From positions 106,084,001 to 106,148,000 of the forward strand of contig NC_058368.1 in NCBI RefSeq assembly GCF_018350175.1: 64,000 nt of DNA. The letters are read 5' to 3'. A model generated the notes under the pieces. That model worked only from the letters and a program-made list of their open reading frames with translations. It searched no databases and was not told the DNA's origin. Of this stretch, positions 36,968 through 49,282 are shown in pieces. The translations under genes and the position numbers were made by a program. Each line of letters starts with the position of its first letter. Position 1 is the stretch's first letter. Source of the stretch: Felis catus (taxonomy: Eukaryota).

Positions 36968-39157
36968 GGAAGTTTATTCCATCTCTACTATTTACTTACA
37001 GTGTAATGGTGGGTACATTCCCAATTCTGTATATTTCAGGTATTCTCAGTGTTGGCACTATTAATGTTAAGGCAGCTTTTTTAGAGTGTGGTCTTTTCAA
37101 TTTACGAAAAGCTCTCTTCTGTCAGAGAGAGTAACCTGCATATTCAAACTGGACTAAGACGTTGTTCGGGTCCCTGGTCCTGCTATGGTTGAAGTTAGTA
37201 AACCCCTGAATTTTTGCGAAAGAAATTCCTATTTCTATGAAAACATGGTTTAAAATATGTTTGTCATTTGTTGCTAAAAAATTGCCGTTTACCATATGTA
37301 GCAAAAATTACCTAAAACCACGTTCGCAGGTTCCTATTTGTATGTTGGTTTTACTTACTGATTAAGCAGTAATTGTAATGATTGGTATAAACACAGTTGA
37401 TTTATAAACTCAGGTTCCTGGTTTTAGCCTTGTAGATAGTTCAACTTAATCGACTCAGTTGCTAAGCAAGTCAAGCCATTGTTTGGAGATCAAACCAATC
37501 GTTTTTAAAAAATAGCTGTTTTTTGTTATTGTGTCTGGGAGGAAATGCTGTTGATCTCTATGGTTCGCTACTTAGAGAAAGATATTGTCCTTAAACATAC
37601 AATTCAAAGATTCTCTTGGCAATAACACCGTAGATACTACACAGGACAGCATACTAAGGTGTTAATTGGCAGATGGGCTAATGCGAAAGGGTCTTGAAGG
37701 GGTAGAGATGAGTAAGAGGGAAAAAAGGTAAGTAGATGATTTGAGGAGGTGGGTTTAGTTGCTCTAAAAACATCTGCCATATTCAACCTTAACTCTTCCA
37801 CTTCCTTTGGCTTTTTTCTTGTTCCGTTGTTAATAACCACTACATACTTGAGCAGTTGTTAATAACCACCGCATACTGCTATAGGAAAAGTGACTTTGAA
37901 GGCTGGCAAACGAGGATTTCAGATTTTAAGTATAACTTTCCCAGCAAGGGAAGGGCCAAAAATTTTAAGCTAATCGAATATAAACCAGTGTTTCTCTTCT
38001 CCCCTCACCCCCGAGCATATTCAGAGTCCACCCTATTTCAAATGCACCATTGGGGCAGAATGCATAATGACTAATAGCCTGGCAGATACCCAAGTGACAT
38101 GTGAACAGTGCGCCTTGGCCACAGCAAGTTAGCCTGGAGCAGATGTCAAGGTTTATTGTCTTTGCAGTTTTCTGGCCTCCACCAGTAAGAGGAGTCATGG
38201 CTCCTACCAGACTTTTAAGCTAGACTCCTCATGATCTGTATATTTATAGGCATTTCATAGCAAGAGGCATTACAGTATGTAAGTCAATGGTCAGAGAAGA
38301 CTCATAATGCAATTAGGAGAGTCTCATTATTTAACGGTTATGTTATGCTTTGAAATAGAGTCCATGTGTCCGTCTGTTTGTCATTACAATCTTACATGTA
38401 AACAGGCATGGGCACAGGGAAAGGTATTTATGAACATTGCTGTGTGTCCTGAAGTTACTGGTTTCTCAGATGAGAATGCTGAGGTAGCAGAGGCCTGGCG
38501 TCTGAAGAACAGTGTCAGGTTGGAGCCTGCCTTACTCAAGTCTCCTCTTCCGGAGTTTGAGCCCATGTAACAAGAAGTATTCCGAGGCATAAGTAGAAAA
38601 AAATTCTTCTGACCCATTTTCATTTCATTGTCTTTAGCCACCATTGCGATGGAAAGGACCATTACTGTCCAGCTCAGTTCCTGGGCTAGACGTTGTGAGT
38701 AAAACTACTTGCGGTCAAATGGAAGTTCTACCTGTGACTTCCTGCTTCAGTCTTCTGAGATCCAAGTTTCCCCGTCTTCATTAGCAGCAGACCTTTGTTT
38801 AGGCTTCCCAGAATTGTTGAGGTGCAAAAGAGGGTGGAAACTAAGACAGTTCGCAGTCAGGGTTCACTTTTAAATACATAGGGTGCCTTGCAGTAAAATT
38901 TAGAAATCTAGTAGAGAGTGACATAGAACTCTACTATTCCTGTGATTTGTCCCCCCTATCCATTTAGGTGTTATTGTGTAGGGTTTTTGAAATACTTCTT
39001 GGTAAAATGCCCTACCTTCTCCTGAAATCCAGCCACATAATTTCTACTTTGTTACAGAATCTGTAAAACCTAGCTAAATATAATGGTAGGTGAAAGAAGA
39101 GAGAAGCACTGCATAGTCATTTATTGCCCGTGAGAAATTTTACATCAAGAATTCTCT

Positions 39158-39376
39158 GGGACGCCTGGGTGGCTCAGTCGGTTAAGCGTCCGACTTCGGC
39201 TCGGGTCGTGATCTTGCGGTCCGTGAGTTCGAGCCCCGCGTTGGGCTCTGTGCTGACAGCTCAGAGCCTAGAGCCTGTTTCGGATTCTGTGTCTGCCTCT
39301 CTCTGACCCTCCCCCATTCATGCTCTGTCTCTCTCTGTCTCAAAAATAAATAAACGTTAAAAAAAATTTTTTTTAA
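39158..39376 (+). mobile_element. Can-SINE
   Basis: TSD aagaattctct. Confidence 0.97.
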
Positions 39377-40134
39377 AGAATTCTCTAACAGGCTCTAGAA
39401 TCTTACTTTAAGCTCCCTAATCTCCTCACATGAATTCCTGGAAGATACGTTCTTTTTGATTCCCTTTGAATCATCCTCTAAAATGATGACATTACCAGAG
39501 CAAATCTGAACCTAAATTCCATGCTTGGTAACACTGAGACCAACCTTTCCAACATTTCAGAATTGCTGAGGGGACTGCTTCAATTATAGCAGCAACAAAA
39601 TATCCCTAGGCTTACATTTTTTCTAAAAAGGAGTTGACAGAAATCTGGTTTGTCTATATTTGGTATTCATCTTTGGTCTCCTGTTTTTATTTTGTGTTTA
39701 TTAATTAAAAAATAAATTTTTTTTTAGGATCCCTAATGAATTTCCTGATTTCTAAACTAACACAAAGATGAGAGGCTAAACCTAGAAATGCAACTGTTTT
39801 GGGTATAAGGCAACCATAATAAAGTGCCCAAATGGAAATAGACTTTTCTTTTGTTTTGTTTGTTTTGTTTTGTTTTTTTCCCTTAGCCAAGGACAACAGT
39901 TCCTAACCTAAGTTCTGTCCATTCATTTCATGGGGACTACTGGGTTTTGTGAAGCTCATCATGGACTTAGACTCATGACTAACATGGAAAATAATGTGTA
40001 GGTCTATGGTTCCCTGAAACACAGTTTGTCCACGATCATCTTCCCTTATCTCCCAAACATGATGTGAGTCATAACCTCATTAAGTAGAGATGAGCAATGT
40101 AGAACAACCCTACCACATATAAGCGATTTCTTCT

Positions 40135-40385
40135 AGTTATAAAATAAATGCCATGTACAGCATAGTGACTGTAGTGAATAATACTGTATTTCATATTTGA
40201 AAGTTGTTAGAAGAAGATCTTGAAAGTCCTTATCACAAGGAAAAAAAGACGTAAATATGTGTGGTGACAGATGTTAACCAGATGTATTGTGGCGACTATT
40301 TTGCAATGTATAGAGACATCAAATCATTTATGTCATACAGCTGAAACTAATATAATGTTATATGTCAATTGTACCACAATAAAAC
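40135..40385 (+). mobile_element. L1MA9-like 3' end
   Basis: gtacagcatagtgactgtagt...ctgaaactaatataatgttatatgtcaatt...aataaaa. Confidence 0.85.
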
Positions 40386-40405
40386 AAATCTCTAACATAG
40401 CACTT

Positions 40406-40636
40406 TGTTTAATTTTTTAATGTTTATTTATTTTTGAGAGAGAGAAAGAGACAGAGAGAGACAGACCTCGGGTGGGGGAGGGGCAGAGAGAGGGAGACAT
40501 ACAATCCAAAGCAGGCTCCTGGCTCTGAGCTGTCAGCACAGAGCCTGATGCGAAGCGGGACTCAAACCCACAAACCGTGAGATCGTGACCTGAGCCGAAG
40601 TCAGACGCTTAGCCAACTGAGCCACCCAGCTGACCC
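40406..40636 (-). mobile_element. Can-SINE
   Basis: Full element, short TSD ctaacat. Confidence 0.95.
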
Positions 40637-40665
40637 ACTAACATGTAGCTCTTTAAAAGATGTCT

Positions 40666-40888
40666 GGGGGCTCCTGGGTGGCGCAGTCGGTTAAGCGTCC
40701 GACTTCAGCCAGGTCACGATCTCGCGGTCCGGGAGTTCGAGCCCCGCGTCGGGCTCTGGGCTGATGGCTCGGAGCCTGGAGCCTGTTTCCGATTCTGTGT
40801 CTCCCTCTCTCTCTGCCCCTCCCCCGTTCATGCTCTGTCTTTCTCTGTCCCAAAAATAAATAAACGTTGAAAAAAAATTAAAAAAAAA
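40666..40888 (+). mobile_element. Young Can-SINE (SINEC_Fc-type)
   Basis: TSD aaaagatgtctg. Confidence 0.97.
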
Positions 40889-41088
40889 TGTTCGCATAAA
40901 AAGATGTCTGAACAATATATAAATTTTGTTTTAGAAAACAAAAAATCTAGTAAAATAAATAAACTAAGTATAAAATGCAAAGAGCTAAAAAAAAGAATAA
41001 AAATGCGCAATGAAAATAAAATGATTAAATTAATAAAATTAAAAGTAGAGGTTAATCAGATAAACAGTATAAAAAGTAAATTAGTAAG

Positions 41089-41202
41089 GGGGGCGTGGGT
41101 GACTCAGGCAGTTGAGCACCCAACTCTTGGTCTCAGCTCAGGTCTTGATCTCGGGGTCCTGGGTTCAAGCCCCACATTGGGCTCCATGCTGTGCATGAAG
41201 CC

Positions 41203-41233
<31 letters not shown>
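41089..41233 (+). mobile_element. Short old-type Can-SINE with (TAAG)n tail
   Basis: tcagctcaggtcttgatctc head, no CT region. Confidence 0.88.
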
Positions 41234-41234
<1 letters not shown>

Positions 41235-41566
41235 GGAAACCAGTATGTTTTTCTGTAAAGCCCAACAAAGTGTACCTCTGGGGAAACTAAGAATGTCCAC
41301 TATCACATCACAATATAATATGGCATGGAGGTCTTCAGTGATTCAATGAATCAAGAAAAACACAATTATATTTCATAAAAAATGTGTATATATACCATAT
41401 ATGTGTATGTTTCAGAAATGTACGTATGTATCTATATCAATATCTGTCTATTTCTGGATAGAAAAAAACATAAAACTGGTAATTATTTGCAAGTATATAA
41501 TTTAAGAACGAATAGAATTTAGTAAGACAACTCATAAGGGTGTTTGAATAAAATACCCAATATATT

Positions 41567-41784
41567 GGGGCGCCTGGGTGGCTCAGTCAGTTGAGCATCC
41601 GACTTTGGCTTAGGTCATGATCTCGCAGTCCATGAGTTTGAGCCCCGTGTCCAGCTCTGTGCTGACAGCTCAGAGCCTGGAACCTGCTTTAGATTCGGTG
41701 TCTCCCTCTCTCTCTGCCCCTCCCCTGCTCATGCTCTGTCTCTCTCTCTCTGTCAAAAATAAATAAATGTTAAAAAAAATTAAA
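41567..41784 (+). mobile_element. Can-SINE (first of tandem pair)
   Basis: TSD aaaatacccaa(t/c)atat encloses both elements. Confidence 0.96.
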
Positions 41785-42017
41785 GGGGCACCTGGGTGGC
41801 TCAGTCGGTTGAGCAACCAACTTCAGTTCAGGTCATGATCTCGTGGTTTGTGAGTTCAAGCCCCACGTTGGTCTCTGTGCTGACAGCTCAGAGCCTGGAG
41901 CATGCTTCGGCTTCTGCGTCTTCCTCTCTCTTTGCGCCCCCCCCCCCACTCATGCTCTGTCTCTCTCTGTCTCAGAAATAAATAAACATTAAAAAAATTG
42001 TTTTTTAATTAAAAAAA
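41785..42017 (+). mobile_element. Can-SINE inserted in tail of previous SINE
   Basis: Head immediately follows A-tail of previous element. Confidence 0.95.
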
Positions 42018-42516
42018 TACCCAACATATGAAAACCATTAACTTTCCTATGCATCGGTGATAACCGATTAGAAAATTTTATGCTAAAATAACATCCCATT
42101 CACAAAATCATAAATGTCTTAGGCAGAGATGGAATAGGAACTGTATAGAACTGTATGATTTAAATTATAAACTGCTACTAAAGGATCTCCCCATATATAC
42201 CTAATTAAATAGAAGAGACATATCATGATTGATATGAAAAAACTCAAGTTATGAAGATGCTAATATTTGAGAAAAATTGAATAATTGAATTCAATATATA
42301 GCACTCAAAATCACAGCAATATTTTCATATACATTAACAAGCTTATTCTTATGTTTAAATGGAAAAAAGATGCATAAAATAACAAAAGCAATTCTCAAGA
42401 TGAGCAATCACTCTAGATATCAAAGCATATTATAAAGATGTGCTTCATGTTGTCTGGTATTAGAGCAGGCAAGCATAGATGGAAAAATGGAAAATTATGA
42501 AGTCGAGAAAGAGATT

Positions 42517-42727
42517 CTTTTTTAAAAAAAATGTTAATGTTTATTTATTTTTGAGAGAAAGAGAGAGAAGAGACAGACAGAGCACAAGTGAGAGGGGCAG
42601 AGAGGGAGGGAGACACAAAATCTGAAGCAGGCTCCAAGCTCTGAGCTGTCAGCACAACCCATGAACCGTAAGATCATGACGTGGGCCAAAGCCAAACAGT
42701 CAACCACCTGAGCCACCCAGGTGCCCC
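42517..42727 (-). mobile_element. Can-SINE
   Basis: TSD aagagattcttt. Confidence 0.95.
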
Positions 42728-43333
42728 AAGAGATTCTTTATATAAGGTAATTCACTTCATGATAAAGAAATTTTTTTTAAATCAGTGAGGGAAGAATAGT
42801 TTACTTAATGTGCTGAGAAAATTGACTTTCTTTGGAAAAAAAAATAATTCTAACCCACACTTCACACCATACATAAAGATAAACTTGAATAGCTATATGG
42901 AAGCTATGGCTCAACAAAACCATAATGTAATTATAGGAAAATCTAAAAACAGCTATAAAATGTACCAAAAATGTATGAATATCTTCTCTGCTTCACTGAC
43001 AATCAGAGTATTTCTTACTCTATCAGAACTTTGTGAGTTATTTTGAATCTTTTTTCATATTCATATATTCAAATAAATTAGTTACATTTGCCTTTGAGGA
43101 GGCAGTTGATCAGTATTTCTCCAAATTAAAAGTGCACACGTCCTTACATCACCAATTCCACTTCTGGGAAGGTAGCTTAAAGAAATAATTACTCATTTGT
43201 GCAAAACCACAAGGGTACAGTTAATAGTAAAAATAGGGAAACACTTAAGTCTAACAATGAGGGAGTAGTTAAGTAAATTATGATAAAGTCATACTGTGGA
43301 ATAATAGGTAGTTTTAAAAAAAAGAGAGCTGTA

Positions 43334-43540
43334 GGGGCATCTGGGTGGCTCAGTTGATGAAACACCTGACTCTTGATTTTGGCTCAACTCATGATCTAAC
43401 TGTTTGTGAGATCAAGCCCCGTGTCAGGCTGCACAATGACAGCATAGAGCCTGCTTGGGATTCTCTCTCTCCCTCTCTCTCTCCACTCCTCCCCTGCTCT
43501 CACCCTCTCACTCTCTCTCTTTCTCTCAAAATAAATAAAC
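43334..43540 (+). mobile_element. Can-SINE (older)
   Basis: ggggcatctgggtggctcagttg head; flanked by agctgtag. Confidence 0.93.
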
Positions 43541-43692
43541 TTGTAAAATGGAGGGAGACAGCTGTAGACTTATGGGCATTGACATGAAAATACTCCCAAA
43601 ATTATAATGGAAAAGGAAATTTCAGAATGCTATATTTAGCATAATGTTATTTATAGGATATAAATGATATTTGTTTATTTATAAAAATGTAT

Positions 43693-43771
43693 GGGGCTGT
43701 GTGCTGACGGTTCAGAGCCTTGAGTCTGCTTTGGATTCTGTGTCTCCCTCTCTCTGCACCTCTCCTGCTCG

Positions 43772-43803
<32 letters not shown>

Positions 43804-43832
43804 TCTCTCAAAAATAAACATTAAAACAAAAT
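43693..43832 (+). mobile_element. 5'-truncated Can-SINE
   Basis: Starts at gggctgtgtgctgac. Confidence 0.88.
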
Positions 43833-43834
43833 AG

Positions 43835-44041
43835 GGGCACCTGGATGGCTCAGTCAGTTAAGCGTCCAACTTCCACTCAGGTCATGATCTCGAGATTCCT
43901 GAGTTCGAGCCCTGCATCAGTCTCTGTGCAAACAGCTCAGTGCCTGGAACCTGCTTCAGGTTCTGTGTCTCTCTCTCCCCTCCCCTGGTCTCACTGTCTG
44001 TCTCTCTCTCAATAATAAATAAACATTAAAATTTTTTTTAA
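43835..44041 (+). mobile_element. Can-SINE
   Basis: Full head and tail. Confidence 0.95.
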
Positions 44042-44751
44042 TTTATGTAAATGCATAGAAAGAGGACAAGATGGGGAAGAAAGTGTGATAAATGTTAACA
44101 TTGTTATTTCTGGGGAGGAGAATGGGATTGAAGATGAGAAAATTGAGAATACCGTATTTTTCTCGGAATACTGCTGTATTTCTTGAGTTGCATATCACAA
44201 GTATTATTCATGGGCTACTTGTACAATTTTTTTTCATGCTGCAAATAACTAGAAAAATCTGAAGAAAGGAGAATGAAGGCTCAGAGTATGAGAAAGATAC
44301 TTTAAAACCAGGAGAAATAAATAACAAACCCTATGGTTAGAAAAAGCTAATAAAGCAGGTGGAAAACTTGGGTTATTAAACAAAGATAAAGGTACTGGTT
44401 TGAAGTTGTTGTGATTAGTGGAATATGGGGGATATGCTAATTATTTATAACCTGTTGAAATGCCCGGTGTCTTAGAAGGCAGGCTACAGAGGGATGGTGT
44501 GGCAGAAATAGCTGGAGAGAAAGATGATTTAAATGGAGCCTGTTTAATGCACATGCCATTAAACATATATATTGAACATTAAAATCATTTCTTGAGTGTG
44601 AGACAACTTGAGGATTGTGGGGGATGGGGAAACAAACAAACAAAAAAGAAAGTATTAAATTTTCATGAAGTCCAATCCCTCCCATTTTGGATCATGCTTT
44701 TGGTGTCAAGTCTAAAACTTTTTACCTATCCTTAGATCGTGAAGACTTCTT

Positions 44752-44972
44752 TTTTCCTAATTTTTAAAAAATTTTTATTCTCTTTTTTGAGAGAGAGAGA
44801 GAGACAGAGTGCTAGTGGGAGAAGGGCAGAGAGTGAGGGAGACCCAGAATCCAAAGGGTCCAGGATCTGAGCCGTCAGCACAGAGCCCAATGTGGGCTTA
44901 AACTCATGGACTGTGAGATCATGACCTGAGCTGAAGTCATATGCTTAACCAACTGAGCCACCCAGGTGCCCC
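44752..44972 (-). mobile_element. Can-SINE
   Basis: Full element. Confidence 0.95.
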
Positions 44973-45454
44973 ATTGGAGACTTTGTTTTTTGTTTTTGGG
45001 TTTTTCTTTTTCCTGAAGGTTTTATAGTTTAGTATCTTACACTTAAGTTCAGGTCCATGATTAAGTTGGAGGGTGGAAGACTTAAGTTAATGTACATTTT
45101 TCTCCCATTGATGCCCAAGCATTCCAGAACCATTTGTTGAAAAGGCTCTATTTCTCCCATTGTAATTTTCTTGCACCTTTGTCAAAAACCATTGGGGCAT
45201 TTGTGTGGATCTGTTTCTTGGTTCTCTATTTTGTTCTTTGATTTATGTGTTTATCTCTCTGCCAACTACCAGTCTTGATTCCTATGGCTATTTAATAAGT
45301 CTTGGAATCAGGTATACTGACTTCTACCACTTTATTCTTCTTATTTAAATACTGCTTTTAGCTCTTCTAGTTCCTTCTCATTTTCATATAAATTTTAAGT
45401 TAATTTTATCCATATCTACAAAAATCTTGCTGATATTTTCATAGGATTGCTTGA

Positions 45455-45668
45455 GGGGTGCCTGGGGGGGCTCATTCAGTGAAGCGCCCAAGTCTTGATT
45501 TGGGTTCCGGTCATGAACTCATGGTTGTGAGATGGAGCCCATATCAGACTCGGTGCTGGGTGTGGAGCCTGCTTAAAATTCTGTCTCTCCCTCTCCCTTT
45601 GTCCCTCCCATGCTTGTGTGCATTCTCTCTCTCTCTCTGTCTCTCAAAAAACAAACAAACAAAAAAAA
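45455..45668 (+). mobile_element. Can-SINE (older)
   Basis: ggggtgcctgggggggctcattcag head. Confidence 0.9.
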
Positions 45669-45867
45669 CCCCAACAACTGCAGTGAACCTATATATCAAT
45701 TTGTGGTGGATTGGGATTGACATCTTCTTTACTAGGCTGAGCTTCCAGTACCTAAGCACAGCATGTCTGTCCATTTATTTAGATCTTTGCTTTGTTTTAT
45801 GGACATTTGGTAGTTTTTAGCCTATCAGTCCTGTACATGTTTTGTTGGATTTATACCTATATCTGCC

Positions 45868-45965
45868 TTTCTTCCTTCCTCCCTCCCTCCCTCCCTTCCT
45901 TCCTTCCTTCCTTCCTTCCTTCCTTCCTTCCTTCCTTCCTTCCTCTCTCTCTCTTTCTCTCTCTC
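45868..45965. repeat. (CCTT)n/(CT)n polypyrimidine repeat
   Basis: Direct reading. Confidence 0.92.
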
Positions 45966-46402
45966 ACTCTTTCCCTTTGTCTCAATTATAAATGGTGTTA
46001 TATTTTTAATTTTGATGACTACTGGCTTATTGCTAGTATGTAAAGATAAAATAGACTTTTGTACATTTATCTTATATCCTGTGACCTTCCTGAATTCACT
46101 TATTGGTTCTGGGTGTGTTTTAGAATTATGTTGGGATTTTCTGTGTAGACAGTTATGTCATTATTACTGATTTGAGATTGTTCCCTGTTTTCTAATGTGT
46201 GCATTTAGTGCTACAAATTCCCTTTGAGCACTGCTTTTGCTGTGTTCCATAGATTTTGAAATGTTACATTTTCATTTTCATACAGTTCATTGTGTTTTAA
46301 ATTTTTTTCAGACTTCCTATTTTACTCATACATTAGTTGTGTGTTATTGAGCATCCAAGCATTTGAAGATCTTGCTGTTATCTTGCCATTATTCTTTTCT
46401 AA

Positions 46403-46621
46403 TTTTTTTTTGTAATTTTTTTAATGTTTATTTGTTTCTGAGGCAGAGGGACACAGAGTGTGAACAGAGGCGGGGCATAGAGAGAAAGAGACACAGAACC
46501 CGAAGCAGGCTCCAGGCTCCAAGCTGTCAACACAGAGCCTGATGTGGGGCTCAAACCCACAAACTATGAGATCATGACTTGAGCCGAAGTTAGACGCTTA
46601 ACTGAGACACTCAGGAGCCCC
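46403..46621 (-). mobile_element. Can-SINE
   Basis: Flanks share ttctttt(t)ctaatttt. Confidence 0.94.
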
Positions 46622-48874
46622 TGTTCTTTTCTAATTTTATCCCATTGTGGTTGGAGAATACACTGTATATAATTTAAATTATTTTAAATTTATTGAGGTT
46701 TGTTCTGTGGCTCAGGATATGGTCTTGGTGTATGTTCTGTGAGCACTCGAGAAAGTGAATATTCTGATGTTGAATGAAGTGCTCTATGAATGTTGACTAG
46801 ATCCTGTTGGATGATGGTGTTATTAAGTTATATATCCTTGTTAATCTCCTGCCTAGTTGTTCTACCAGTGTTGAAGGAATAATGTTGAAGCCCCCAAGTA
46901 TAACTGTAGATTTGTCTACGTCCCTTTTTAGTTCTGTCACTTTTTGCCTCAAATTTTTTAGCTCTGTTGATTGGCGCATACACCACTGTGGATTGCCTTT
47001 TTTTCATTTAGTTTGCTATCTTCCTGGTTCTTGGTGTGATGAGTGATTTTTGATTGAAAGCTGCATATTTCTAATATTTTGTTATGAGCCTCTGGATCTT
47101 ATGTAAACCTTCTATTGTACCTGGCTTTCTCTGACATAGCTCCAGCAAGGGAAATGGGGGAGAGGGGGGCACTGTCTCCTTACTGCTAGGTGGGAGTAGA
47201 AGTCCAGGTTCCCATTCACCTTAGTTGACAACTGAGATCATGTATGCCTCCTTCCTGCTGGGCAGAAATGGGAATTCAACTCCCCACTTGGCCTCCACTG
47301 ATAGCTTCCTAGCCAGGAAGAGTAGGCGTGCCTGGTGAGGCCACTCCTACCACTGCCCACTTGGCTGCTCCAGACACCACAGGGTGGGGAGGTGGCCACC
47401 TACGGCCTACAGGGATAAAAGTCCCAGGTTCCTACTCAGCCATCTCTGACACCACCCTGACCCTACCGGAGTGGAAGAATTGGAATGGGATGCCTTGTTA
47501 CAGCTTGGTGAGGATGGAATTCTAAGCTCTCCACTTAGCTTTTATAGGTGTGGGTAAGGATGGAATCACACTTGTGTTTTTTTTTCCCCTGTGGTGTTTG
47601 GCAGTACTAGAACAGTTTTTACCAGTCTCCTGTCTTGCTAAGCTACCTGTTTCTGGTACTTTGTCTGGAGAGAGCAAGCTTTTTTGGGGAGTTGTTTTTC
47701 CCATTAGCGATCGCAAGAAGCCATCTCCTTCGGCTCCCAGTCTGGCATCTCTGATGTTACTGTGCCGTCACGTCCCCAGCTGGTCTGCTTTCCTGTGTCT
47801 GCTTTTCATATTCTTCCTAGCAGGTTTTATGTATAGTGTCCAGAATTCTTGGTATTAATTTTTACTTGGTAGGAGGAATAGAGGAAAAGTAGAGTGTTGA
47901 AGGAGGCTGGCTTCTATTAATGACATCCTCACGGAAAAAGGACTGGTTATGACCTGGCAAATGACAAACCTCTCCACTAGCTTCTTGCCACAATTCCTTC
48001 ACCCGTGTCTGACTTAAAACAACCTGCTTAATCCCAAGCATCTTTTAGGAAGACACCATCCATCATGCCAGACTCCTTGGCGGTTTTGTGTTTGGGCCAA
48101 ATACACTAAGAACAAATGCCTAGAGTTAGACCACCCAAGATATTTTCACTTCTGTGGTTAACCATCTTTGAATTCAGGTTTCTTTGGGTGAAAAGGTTAT
48201 TCACATTCTGAATACATTAATACTTCCAAGTTTTTACGTTGTTACCATCACATTAATGTTGCAGACACTGGATTCTCAGTATATGCGTGCTGGGAAATTT
48301 GCACTCCAGCCGTAGCATTTTCACAGAATCGATCAAAGTCACCGATTTTCACCATGGTTCTTATTTCCACCAAATTTTATTTACTGGGGAGTAAATATAA
48401 AAATATTCCAAGTGCCGGTAGCCAGGCATTTGGCTACCATGCATATGAAAGTATAAGAAAGGAATTGACCAGAACGATGGGTTCACCAAAGTGGAAACAT
48501 TCTTCTGTCTGTGATTTACGTTGACTTAGAGAGCTTTCATGTAACTCCATTCCTGCTTGGTTCCAGATGGATTGTAGTTTTCTGTGAACAAGGAGAGCGA
48601 CATTTTGTAATTTATAGCCTGTTTTGTCTTGCTTTGATAAAGAAAACGTTATCTTCATTCTTGAACAAATAGAGGCTGCATAGCATGATGCAATTGTTTG
48701 TGGAGACCACAAACTTCTTTTAAGTCCTCACCTTGCAGAATATGCTTCATTTACTGTATGGAAATTGACGTTCTTCTATTCAGAATATCCTAAGAGGGTC
48801 AGTAGTAATGGTATTGGGAAACAAAGAATCAGGCTCATTTAAAATCAAAGCAACAAATTCATTTTTCATTTGCT

Positions 48875-49272
48875 TTTTGAATTTCAGTGTACTTAACATA
48901 CTTTGTTGTATTGGTTTCAGGTGTACAATATAGAGATTTAACAATTTTGTACCTTACTCAGTGCTCATCATAAGTGTGCTGTTAATCCCTTTGACCTATT
49001 TTACCCATTTCCCTCCCCCCCCCACCTCCCTTCTGGTAACCACCAGTTCTCTGTATTTAAGAGTCTTGTTTTTTCTCTTTTTTGTTGTCCATTTGCTTTA
49101 TTTCTTAAATTTCACATATGAGTGAAATCATACGGTATTTGTCTTTCTCTGACTTATTTCACTTAGCGTTATACCCTCTACATCTGTCCATGTTTGGTAG
49201 ATGGTAAGATTTCACTTTTTATGGCCGAGTAGAACTCCATCGTGTGTGTGTGTGAGTGTGTGTGTGTGCACG
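48875..49272 (-). mobile_element. Carnivore L1 3' end, truncated at (GT)n
   Basis: tttcaggtgtacaatatag...atgagtgaaatcatacggtatttgtc. Confidence 0.9.
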
Positions 49273-49282
49273 CACATTAAGA

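Larger units (their letters stand above)
40910..44240 (+). mobile_element. Highly decayed L1ME-type element carrying many SINE insertions
   Basis: A-rich ORF2-like remnants (cacttcacaccatacataaa; caattccacttctggga; gtaaattatgataaagtcatactgtggaata). Confidence 0.7.
44640..47860 (-). mobile_element. Old mammalian L1 (ORF2 segments with deletions plus 5'-region-like sequence)
   Basis: ccagaaccatttgttgaaaagg; ORF 46797-46979 ELKRDVDKSTVILGGFNI resembles L1 endonuclease IIVGDFN motif. Confidence 0.88.

Noticed and set aside
34614..40918. Similar 18-mers at two SINE target sites (aagacatctgaacaatat vs aagatgtctgaacaatat)
   Set aside because: Similarity does not visibly extend; probably coincidence in AT-rich DNA
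48417..48438. Short hairpin ggtagcca-N6-tggctacc (similar ones near 8517 and 59897)
   Set aside because: Stems of 8-9 bp are expected by chance in 64 kb and are too short for a pre-miRNA
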